Below, piece by piece: positions 1 through 6,543 of a DNA stretch of 11,278 nt. The stretch spans positions 1-11,278 of the forward strand of contig CAXHAT010000231.1 in NCBI GenBank assembly GCA_964014485.1, given 5' to 3'. The translations under genes and the position numbers were made by a program. Every line of letters starts with the position of its first letter. Position 1 is the stretch's first letter. The notes below the pieces were generated by a model that worked only from the letters and a program-made list of their open reading frames with translations, was not told where the DNA came from and searched no databases. This DNA comes from an uncultured Deferribacteres bacterium (GTDB lineage: Bacteria; Zhuqueibacterota; Zhuqueibacteria; Zhuqueibacterales; Geothermadaptataceae).

Positions 1-127
1 AGAATATTTAATATATTGTTTATCATAGAGTTGAGAAAGCTACGGATGGACACTACTTAGTTCGTGCGCCTATGACGACAAAGGCGCAAAAGTGCATACG
101 CTTTGCGTCTTCGTTCCTCCCGCCAAA

Positions 128-203
128 TGGCCGATTCTGCATGACCGGCGTCCCATTCTGCATGGTGACGTCGCGTTCCGCATGACATTTGGCCGACGCT
201 GCA
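128..203 (+). promoter_or_regulatory. Four-unit direct-repeat array, candidate AraC/HTCS operator upstream of the lipoprotein array
   Basis: 14-mers TGGCCGATTCTGCA (128-141), CGTCCCATTCTGCA (149-162), CGTCGCGTTCCGCA (169-182), TGGCCGACGCTGCA (190-203). Spacing is 21/20/21 nt (about two helical turns), and the motif and spacing recur at 11033-11108. Confidence 0.75.
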
Positions 204-227
204 CAGCGGCTTCCCTTGAAAAATTCG

Positions 228-233
228 TATCCT
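228..233 (+). promoter_or_regulatory. Putative -10 element (TATCCT) of an activator-dependent promoter
   Basis: TAnnnT hexamer 24 nt after the last repeat unit. No consensus -35 at 17 nt spacing (that position abuts the last repeat). The geometry is mirrored at 11132-11137. Confidence 0.45.
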
Positions 234-240
234 GAAGCGG

Positions 241-288
241 TCGACAAAGCGTGTTCTTGCACAGCTTTCACATCTCGCGCTTTGTCGA
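241..288 (+). other. 5'-leader stem-loop
   Basis: TCGACAAAGCG (241-251) is the perfect reverse complement of CGCTTTGTCGA (278-288), extendable by U-G and G-C pairs. Confidence 0.55.
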
Positions 289-360
289 AATCAAAGCGTC
301 GCCAAAGAAAATCGATGCTTACCAAGTGACAGTTTACGGATCAATTCAAGAGGACTCCGA

Positions 361-1431
361 ATGAAAAATTTTACACCCGCCTTCTTGCTGTTTGTCGTCT
401 TATTTTTTTCAGCCTGCTCCAACTCGCCAACATCCGCGCCGCCTGAGGCACCCGAAGAGAGCGCAAGAATTGTCGAGTTGCACAAACACGCTGAAGCCAT
501 GAAAGCCGAAGCCGAACGATTGAACGCCGCTTTGCGCGCCAGAGCCGACCGGGCGCGCGTTCGCATTGGAAAAAATGGCGCAAGTCATGTAACACCGCAA
601 GGCTCTAAAATCACCGTCCCGGACGACTATCCGACAATCCAGCAAGCAGTGGACGCTGCGGGTCCGGATACGAAAATCAAAGTTAAAGCCGGACTCTACG
701 AAGAAACGGTTGAAATTTCGACGGCGGGTCTTGAGCTGACTGCAGAAGGCGAGGTCACTATCGACGGAACGATTTTCGTGTATGAAACAGAAGGTGTAGT
801 CATCGAGAACTTCAAAATCATCAACGGCGATCGCGTCAATCTGGGGAATACCTTTGTCTTCGATGGCGGCATCCTTGTCTACCTGGTCGACGGCGTTGAA
901 ATCCGCGACAATCATATCGAAGCAGTGCAGAAAGGGGCTCCGGGGATCGTTTGCTTCGAGTCAACAAATGGCCAGGTCAAAGGCAACACAGCGATCGACA
1001 ATTTGAGCACCAATATCTTGATCTCCTTCTGCGAAGGATTTGAGGTGCAGGAAAACACCGTTTCCGGCGGGGCACAAGGCATTCGCCTCTACTTCGGCAA
1101 CAGCAACGAAATTGACGGCAATATCTGCACGGGGAATCTCATCGGGATTCAGATTTTCGGCGGCGAGCATAATGAAATCACGGACAACGTCTGCGATGGC
1201 AATAATGACGGCCTCGTACTCTTCTTTGCGAGCAACAACGTGGTTGGTTCTGACAACCAATTGAACGACAACTTTCGCTGGGGCGCCGCCGTTGTCGGCC
1301 AGTCGGACAACAACGAGCTGAAGAAGAACACGGCGCACGGCAACGGTGATTGTGACATAGTGAAAGATCCTGCGGCGGGGCCGAACAATACGCTGAAGAA
1401 AAATGAGACGGATTGTATTTCTGGGTTTTGA
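361..1431 (+). CDS. Lipoprotein with right-handed parallel beta-helix (pectin lyase-like/NosD-CASH type) domain, paralog 1 (356 aa)
   Basis: SD AGGA 351-354; signal peptide with lipobox FSA-C19; GSKITVPDDYPTIQQAVDAA cap; repeated GIxL..N..IxxN rungs; C-terminal CDIV..NTLKKNETDC. Confidence 0.9.
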   Translation: MKNFTPAFLLFVVLFFSACSNSPTSAPPEAPEESARIVELHKHAEAMKAEAERLNAALRARADRARVRIGKNGASHVTPQGSKITVPDDYPTIQQAVDAAGPDTKIKVKAGLYEETVEISTAGLELTAEGEVTIDGTIFVYETEGVVIENFKIINGDRVNLGNTFVFDGGILVYLVDGVEIRDNHIEAVQKGAPGIVCFESTNGQVKGNTAIDNLSTNILISFCEGFEVQENTVSGGAQGIRLYFGNSNEIDGNICTGNLIGIQIFGGEHNEITDNVCDGNNDGLVLFFASNNVVGSDNQLNDNFRWGAAVVGQSDNNELKKNTAHGNGDCDIVKDPAAGPNNTLKKNETDCISGF

Positions 1432-1453
1432 TGAAAGCCGCCCCTTTCCTCGC

Positions 1454-1523
1454 GGTTTCTCTGCGAAAGCAAGAATCCCCTGGCGGCAAGGGTCAATAGT
1501 TCCCTGCCTTCGTGGGGATGACG
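1454..1523. repeat. Degenerate REP-like paired palindromic element
   Basis: Left unit GGTTTCTCTGCGAAAGCAAGAATCC (1454-1478, mini hairpin with GAAA loop) and right unit AGTTCCCTGCCTTCGTGGGGATGACG (1498-1523). They resemble the GTCATTCCCGCGnAnGCGGGAATCC / GGATTCCCGCnTnCGCGGGAATGAC class of small inverted repeats. Confidence 0.45.
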
Positions 1524-1563
1524 TAAAAGGTCAATTCTAACTTTTAAAAGAAAGGATTCAAAA

Positions 1564-2595
1564 ATGAAAACGATGATCAAATTAAGCCAAATCTTTGTTC
1601 TTACCGCGCTCTTTGCCTGCAATTCCGTGAACAGTCCTGCCCCGGAAGCCACCGGCGACGATCAACTGGCCCGGCTTGGGAAGCCACAACCGATCTCGGA
1701 AGCTTCGCTTGCTGCAGCCAGGGCACAAATCGAAAAGATGGAGCAGCGTGCGGCTGAAGAATCGGTTGTCATCGAAAAACACGCCTCGGATCAGATAGCA
1801 ACGCAAAGCTCGAAAATTACCGTGCCGGACGATTACCCGACCATTCAAGCTGCAATCAACGCGGCAAAGCGCGGCACGAAAATCAAGGTGAAAACGGGCG
1901 ATTATTATGAAGTGCTCAGCATCACGAAAAACAACCTGGAGATCACGGCTGAGGGCGAGGTCAATCTATACGGCGCAGTTTACTACACCGGCGTGACCGG
2001 CGGCTCGATCAATAATTTCTTCATCGACGGCGATGTGCTTGGCGTCAGTGTGACCAGAAGCGAAGAGATTGAGATAGAGGATAATCGTTTCGCCGATACG
2101 CGCTTTGCCGTCTTTCTTCAGCGGTCTAACAACTGCACCATTAAGGGCAATAGTGGCGAAAACTGTGAAAGCGGCGTTTATCTGCAGGAACACAGTAACA
2201 ACAATCGCATCGAAGAAAACACATTTGACGACTGCGATTACCCCATCTATTTGACGCTTGATAGTCATGAGAACGAAATCAGCGGCAACGTACTGACCAA
2301 CGTCGGCGTCATTGGCGTCTCACTTTGGTTCGATTGCGAGAGCAACGAAATTGCCGATAACGAGATCAACGACTCTCCCGCTGCATATGGCGTTTATCTC
2401 GTTCTGTCCGACAACAACGAAATTGGGTCGGACAACCAGACGAGCAACAATCTTTACGGCGTCTTTGTGGACAGAGCTGATGGCAATCTGGTGAAAAAGA
2501 ACGAAGCCTACGGCAATATCGAATGCGATCTCGTTCAGGAGAATGGTTCAAATACATTCATCAAAAACGACGCTGATTGCACAAGCGGCATATAG
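1564..2595 (+). CDS. Lipoprotein with right-handed parallel beta-helix domain, paralog 2 (343 aa)
   Basis: SD AAGGA 1552-1556; lipobox LFA-C19; SSKITVPDDYPTIQAAINAA cap; beta-helix rungs (GVYL, PIYL, GVYL, GVFV); C-terminal CDLV..NTFIKNDADC. Confidence 0.9.
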   Translation: MKTMIKLSQIFVLTALFACNSVNSPAPEATGDDQLARLGKPQPISEASLAAARAQIEKMEQRAAEESVVIEKHASDQIATQSSKITVPDDYPTIQAAINAAKRGTKIKVKTGDYYEVLSITKNNLEITAEGEVNLYGAVYYTGVTGGSINNFFIDGDVLGVSVTRSEEIEIEDNRFADTRFAVFLQRSNNCTIKGNSGENCESGVYLQEHSNNNRIEENTFDDCDYPIYLTLDSHENEISGNVLTNVGVIGVSLWFDCESNEIADNEINDSPAAYGVYLVLSDNNEIGSDNQTSNNLYGVFVDRADGNLVKKNEAYGNIECDLVQENGSNTFIKNDADCTSGI

Positions 2596-2646
2596 TGCTT
2601 TTTCAACATGTTCCATCCAATCCGAACAATCAAAGGAATACACGTC

Positions 2647-3678
2647 ATGAAACGATTCATTCTGCTGGCACTGGCTTTCTCTCTCAACGCTTTGCTGGCT
2701 TGCAGTTCTCTGCAAAACCCGACTGCCGTTGAAACCGACGAAGCCCTTGAACACTTCGAAGCGCCTGAGCCGCTTAGCAAGGAAGAAGCGGCCAGGCTGA
2801 ACGCACTTCTCGAGGACTTGCGCCGACGTGCTGCCGAGCGTCGCATCAAACTCGCGAAACGCACACCGGCGCAAATGGCCCTGCACGGCTCGAAAATTAC
2901 CGTGCCGGACGATTATCCGACCATCCAGGAAGCGGTAGATGCCGCCGCGCCTGGGACGAAGATCAAAATCAAAACGGGGACTTATGCCGGAGACGTTATC
3001 GTGGTAGCCGACGATATCGAACTGACGTGCGAGGGCGAGGTGACCGTCGATGGGACGATCTATTACCAAGGGGTTTCAGACGGCTCGATCAACAAACTGA
3101 CGTTGGAGACCGGCCTGGGCATCTGGCTCGATGAAGCCGAAGACGTCGAAGTTGAAGACAACATTTTTGGCGCCACGGAATATGGTGTTCATCTCATCAA
3201 CTCAGCAAATTGTCAGATCAAAGGCAATCTGATTGAAAATGCCGAGTTCGGGGTCTATGCCGATGAAGGCGACGGCGGGCACCGAATTGAGGAAAACACG
3301 ATGATCAGCGCCCGTTTTGGCGTCTATCTTTCCGCTGCTGGCGAGGACAACGAAATCAGCGGCAACAGCATCGCCTACACCGGCTCGGCAAGGGGGTTGG
3401 GGATTACGCTGGATGAAACAGATCACAGTCTCGTGAAGGACAATGTGATTCTCGATCAGACCAATACCTGGGCGGTCTTTCTCACCTCGGCGGCCAACAA
3501 TAAGGTCGGCTCAGATAATCAACTCAACAACAACCTTGTCGGCGTCATCATCCAGAACTCGTTCGATAATCTTATCAAAAAGAATGAAATCACCGGCAAT
3601 GGCAATTGTGATATCGTCCAAGCGAGTGGTTCGAATACGTTCAAGAAGAATGAAGCGGATTGCACGCTTGGTCTTTAA
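2647..3678 (+). CDS. Lipoprotein with right-handed parallel beta-helix domain, paralog 3 (343 aa; start revised from 2608 to ATG 2647)
   Basis: SD AAGGA 2633-2637 precedes ATG 2647. This start gives MKRFILL.. with lipobox LLA-C19 as in the paralogs. GSKITVPDDYPTIQEAVDAA cap; C-terminal CDIV..NTFKKNEADC. Confidence 0.9.
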   Translation: MKRFILLALAFSLNALLACSSLQNPTAVETDEALEHFEAPEPLSKEEAARLNALLEDLRRRAAERRIKLAKRTPAQMALHGSKITVPDDYPTIQEAVDAAAPGTKIKIKTGTYAGDVIVVADDIELTCEGEVTVDGTIYYQGVSDGSINKLTLETGLGIWLDEAEDVEVEDNIFGATEYGVHLINSANCQIKGNLIENAEFGVYADEGDGGHRIEENTMISARFGVYLSAAGEDNEISGNSIAYTGSARGLGITLDETDHSLVKDNVILDQTNTWAVFLTSAANNKVGSDNQLNNNLVGVIIQNSFDNLIKKNEITGNGNCDIVQASGSNTFKKNEADCTLGL

Positions 3679-3685
3679 TCTGAAT

Positions 3686-3703
3686 GGGCGGTAACAGCCG
3701 CCC
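3686..3703 (+). other. Short GC-rich intergenic hairpin without U-tract
   Basis: GGGCGG-TAACAG-CCGCCC just after the paralog 3 stop. There is no poly-T, so it is not a canonical terminator. Confidence 0.45.
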
Positions 3704-3741
3704 CACCCTTCCAAAACACATCAACTGAATAGAGGTAAATT

Positions 3742-4926
3742 ATGAGACATTTATTCGCATTTCTGACCGTTTTGGGGCTTTTACTCGCTTTCGGTTGTGA
3801 AAACGTAACCGCTCCGTCGTCTGACGTCCTTGACTCGGGCGAGGACGAACTCACTAGAAGAGAAGCAGTTGTGGCCAGCGAGCGTATCGAAGTAGAGCAA
3901 GAACGGCGCGCCTACGAAAAGCGGATCGCCGAATACCGGGTTGTGCTGGCAAAACGGTCTGCCGACGCGCTGTTCCAGGGCTCGAAAATCACTGTGCCGG
4001 ACGACTATCCCACCATTCAGGCGGCGGTAAATGCTGCTTCCCCCGGAACCAAGATTAAAGTCAAGGAAGGCTCCTACGATGAACAAGTCACAGTGATGAC
4101 GGCGGATCTACGCATTACTGCGGAGGGTGACGTTTCGGTTGAGCAGGGTTTTCTGATCAGCAGCACCTCGGGCGTTGAGATCGAAAACATGACGATCAAC
4201 AGAACGACGGGCGTTTCCACCGAGCAGGACGCCGTGGTCGTCATGGACTGTTCGGAGATCACCATCCAGGACAACGTCATCCATGGCGGCAGCGACGGCA
4301 TTTGGATGGTCAACACTTCAGAATCGCTTATCAAGGGCAATGACATAACCGCCGTGCGCGATCAAGGCGTTGATCTCTACGATGGTTGCGAGGACAATGT
4401 GATCGAGGAAAACACCGTCGTTGCGGAAGAAGAAGCTGTTGAGTTGGATAAATTGTGCAACAATAACGAAATCGCGAACAACACGGTCACGAGCAATGGC
4501 GATGACGTCATCGATCTGGCGAACTCACACAACAACGAGATTGTCGAAAACACGATTCATTCTCTGTATGACGACGGCGTCGAGCTTATCGACGGCAGTA
4601 GTGGAAATGAGATCACCGAGAACATCATTATCGATTCGGAATCCGACGGCATTATTATCGAATATTCTTCCAACAATAGACTGACTGACAATCTGGTCGA
4701 GAACGCCGACGACAATGGCGTTGAGTTTCTCGGCGATTCGGCCAACAATACGTTCGGTTCAGGCAATATTGTGAAGGACAATAACGACAAAGGCCTTCTC
4801 CTCGCCAGGGATACAGTGAACAACACAATCAAGAAGAACACCATTTGCGGAAGCGGTAATGCGGATGTTGTCGATAGAGGCGCCAGTAATACGTTTAAAG
4901 ATAACGAAACCGGGGCGTGCAACTAA
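3742..4926 (+). CDS. Acidic lipoprotein with right-handed parallel beta-helix domain, paralog 4 (394 aa)
   Basis: SD GAGGT 3732-3736; lipobox AFG-C19; GSKITVPDDYPTIQAAVNAA cap; regular ~23-aa rungs (SDGIWM, DQGVDL, EEAVEL, DDVIDL, DDGVEL, SDGIII, DNGVEF); C-terminal NTFKDNETGACN. Confidence 0.9.
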   Translation: MRHLFAFLTVLGLLLAFGCENVTAPSSDVLDSGEDELTRREAVVASERIEVEQERRAYEKRIAEYRVVLAKRSADALFQGSKITVPDDYPTIQAAVNAASPGTKIKVKEGSYDEQVTVMTADLRITAEGDVSVEQGFLISSTSGVEIENMTINRTTGVSTEQDAVVVMDCSEITIQDNVIHGGSDGIWMVNTSESLIKGNDITAVRDQGVDLYDGCEDNVIEENTVVAEEEAVELDKLCNNNEIANNTVTSNGDDVIDLANSHNNEIVENTIHSLYDDGVELIDGSSGNEITENIIIDSESDGIIIEYSSNNRLTDNLVENADDNGVEFLGDSANNTFGSGNIVKDNNDKGLLLARDTVNNTIKKNTICGSGNADVVDRGASNTFKDNETGACN

Positions 4927-4989
4927 TCGGCTCTTGGCTTTTAGCCGTTGGTCTTTAGCTAAAAGCCAAGAGCTAATCGCTAACAGCTT
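4927..4989. repeat. Heptamer-periodic palindromic repeat (perfect 16-bp stem)
   Basis: GCTCTTGGCTTTTAGC (4930-4945) / GCTAAAAGCCAAGAGC (4958-4973), 12-nt loop. The region parses as 7-mers tcggctc ttggctt ttagccg ttggtct ttagcta aaagcca agagcta atcgcta acagctt. Confidence 0.8.
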
Positions 4990-5019
4990 TTGACATTAGA
5001 TCATATGCATGACTAAGTT
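4990..5019 (+). promoter_or_regulatory. Possible internal sigma70 promoter for paralog 5
   Basis: Perfect TTGACA (4990-4995), 18-nt spacer, TAAGTT (5014-5019), in a 300-nt AT-rich spacer. Confidence 0.4.
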
Positions 5020-5054
5020 CTTGTTTTTTTAAGAACCCTTTATTTCTCGCCATT

Positions 5055-5129
5055 GCCACAAAAGGGCACAAAACTCACAAAAAGATTTTTTTGAAAAATT
5101 ATTGAGATTTTTATGCGTTTTGTGTCTTT
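5055..5129. repeat. CACAAAA-unit imperfect inverted repeat
   Basis: CACAAAA at 5057, 5067 and 5076. Arm AAGGGCACAAAACTCACAAAAA (5062-5083) pairs with TTTTTATGCGTTTTGTGTCTTT (5108-5129) with 2 G-U pairs and 2 mismatches. Confidence 0.6.
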
Positions 5130-5228
5130 CAGTTGCGGTGACAGTTTTCTGAAGATTTTGTATTCTCTGTTTTTTCAATCACTTAAATGAGAATAAGGTC
5201 TATTATCTATTTTAAAAGGAGTTTTCTC

Positions 5229-6413
5229 ATGAAACGTTTGTTTTTATTTCTGTTTGCGCTCGGTCTCGCATTTGCTTTTGGCTGCGATCAATTGAACAAC
5301 ACGGCGCAACCGTCCATCGATCAAACCAACCGGTTTGCTCAAGATGACGATGACGATCCCGCCGCTGACTTAGCCGAGATTGCGGCGTTCAAAACGCGCA
5401 TGGCGCAATTGGCCGAAGCTTACCGCGCCAGAGTCGGTAAAGTCGCCCGGCAATCCGGCGAAGCGGCAATTCAAGGCTCAAAAATTACCGTGCCTGATGA
5501 TTATGCTACGATTCAGGAAGCCGTCGACAACGCAGCGCCCGGCACGAAAATCAAAATCAAAGACAGAGGCTCGCCCTATGATGAAGACGTTGTGGTCATG
5601 ACCGATGATCTGCGACTTACCGGCGAAGGCGGCCCGACGCTGGCGGGGTCGCTGAGTCTTATCAACTGTTCCAGCGTGCAAGTCGATAACTTTACTATCA
5701 ATGACACCGGTACGCTCAACGGCATTGATATCAGCAAATGTGAAGACGTCACGATCAAAGACATGGTGATCGACGCCTTCGATCACGGAATTAGCGCCGA
5801 GTCTTGTTCAGAACTCCTGATCAAAGACAATGTCATCACCGCCGCGGATCGCGAACCAATCCACCTTTTTACCAGCGACCACTGCGAGATTGATGAGAAT
5901 GTTTTGAACGCAACAGATGATGACGGGCTTGAGTTGGATAATTGCAATCACAATGAAATCACCGGCAATCATGTCGCATTCGCCGCATTCGAAGGCATTG
6001 AGTTGGATGAAGACAGCGACGACAACGAGGTTAGTGAAAATAACGTCAGCGGCGTCGGACAAGTCGGGATTGAAGTGGATTCAGAAGCCGACAACAATGA
6101 ATTGAAAGACAATCTTTGTAATAGTGTGGGGGAGAGCGGAATCGAAATCCGGGGCGACAACAATAACGTTTCCGACAATGAGTGCAGCGGTAATGGCGAC
6201 GACGGCATCCGATTGGTCTCAGGCGCCGAAGATAACGAAATCGGTTCGGGCAATACGTGCAGCAATAATTCGGAGCGAGGTATCCACCTTCAGTCAGGCG
6301 CGAACAACAACACGGTCAAAAAGAATCAGGCCTGCGGCAACGGCATTTCGGATATTACGGATAACGGTTCGGGGAACACGTTAAAGAAGAATGAAACCGG
6401 GGCGTGCGACTAA
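5229..6413 (+). CDS. Acidic, Cys-rich lipoprotein with right-handed parallel beta-helix domain, paralog 5 (394 aa; start revised from 5187 to ATG 5229)
   Basis: SD AAGGAG 5216-5221 precedes ATG 5229, giving lipobox AFG-C19. GSKITVPDDYATIQEAVDNA cap; rungs DHGISA, DDGLEL, FEGIEL, ESGIEI, DDGIRL; C-terminal NTLKKNETGACD. Confidence 0.9.
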   Translation: MKRLFLFLFALGLAFAFGCDQLNNTAQPSIDQTNRFAQDDDDDPAADLAEIAAFKTRMAQLAEAYRARVGKVARQSGEAAIQGSKITVPDDYATIQEAVDNAAPGTKIKIKDRGSPYDEDVVVMTDDLRLTGEGGPTLAGSLSLINCSSVQVDNFTINDTGTLNGIDISKCEDVTIKDMVIDAFDHGISAESCSELLIKDNVITAADREPIHLFTSDHCEIDENVLNATDDDGLELDNCNHNEITGNHVAFAAFEGIELDEDSDDNEVSENNVSGVGQVGIEVDSEADNNELKDNLCNSVGESGIEIRGDNNNVSDNECSGNGDDGIRLVSGAEDNEIGSGNTCSNNSERGIHLQSGANNNTVKKNQACGNGISDITDNGSGNTLKKNETGACD

Positions 6414-6418
6414 CTGGC

Positions 6419-6465
6419 TGTTAGCCGTTGACTTTCGGCTGAAGGTCGGGAGCCGACGGCTGACA
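6419..6465 (+). repeat. Heptamer-periodic hairpin homologous to 4927-4989
   Basis: TGTTAGCCGTTGACTTTCGGC (6419-6439) pairs with GTCGGGAGCCGACGGCTGACA (6445-6465): 15 Watson-Crick, 5 G-U, 1 mismatch. It shares TGGCTkTTAGCCGTTG with the copy after paralog 4. Confidence 0.7.
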
Positions 6466-6543
6466 ACAGCGATAACAACAAGGTGATCAAAAGCTCTAAA
6501 TCTCAGTATTTAAAACATAACACAAGGCAATCCAACAGACGCT

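Noticed and set aside
83..120. Extra operator units upstream (GGCGCAAAAGTGCA, CGTCTTCGTTCC)
   Set aside because: Poor match to the consensus and out of phase with the 20-21 nt period.
128..203. CRISPR array or iteron interpretation of the 21-nt-period repeats (also 11033-11108)
   Set aside because: Units are degenerate 14-mers with only 6-7 nt between them, and there is no cas or rep gene. The geometry fits transcription-factor sites.
2608..2646. Upstream ATG start for paralog 3 (likewise 5187 for paralog 5)
   Set aside because: The downstream ATGs have SD motifs and place the lipobox Cys at residue 19 as in the other paralogs.
5283..5288. Asp at +2 of paralog 5 as an inner-membrane retention signal
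   Set aside because: The +2 rule is established for enterobacterial Lol sorting and cannot be assumed in this unknown lineage.
361..6413. Calling the paralogs nosD or pectate lyase/pectinesterase
   Set aside because: Only the generic beta-helix fold and cap motif are visible. There is no nosZ/F/Y context and no family-specific catalytic motif I can confirm.
361..6413. Diversity-generating retroelement or shufflon acting on the paralogs
   Set aside because: No reverse transcriptase or recombinase, no near-identical TR/VR pair with adenine-specific mismatches, and all genes are co-oriented and complete with their own SD and signal peptide.
6405..6470. Integron attC site (GACTAAC...GTTAGCC near the stop codon)
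   Set aside because: Neither box fits RYYYAAC/GTTRRRY, the spacing is too short, no integrase is present, and the genes are paralogs rather than unrelated cassettes.
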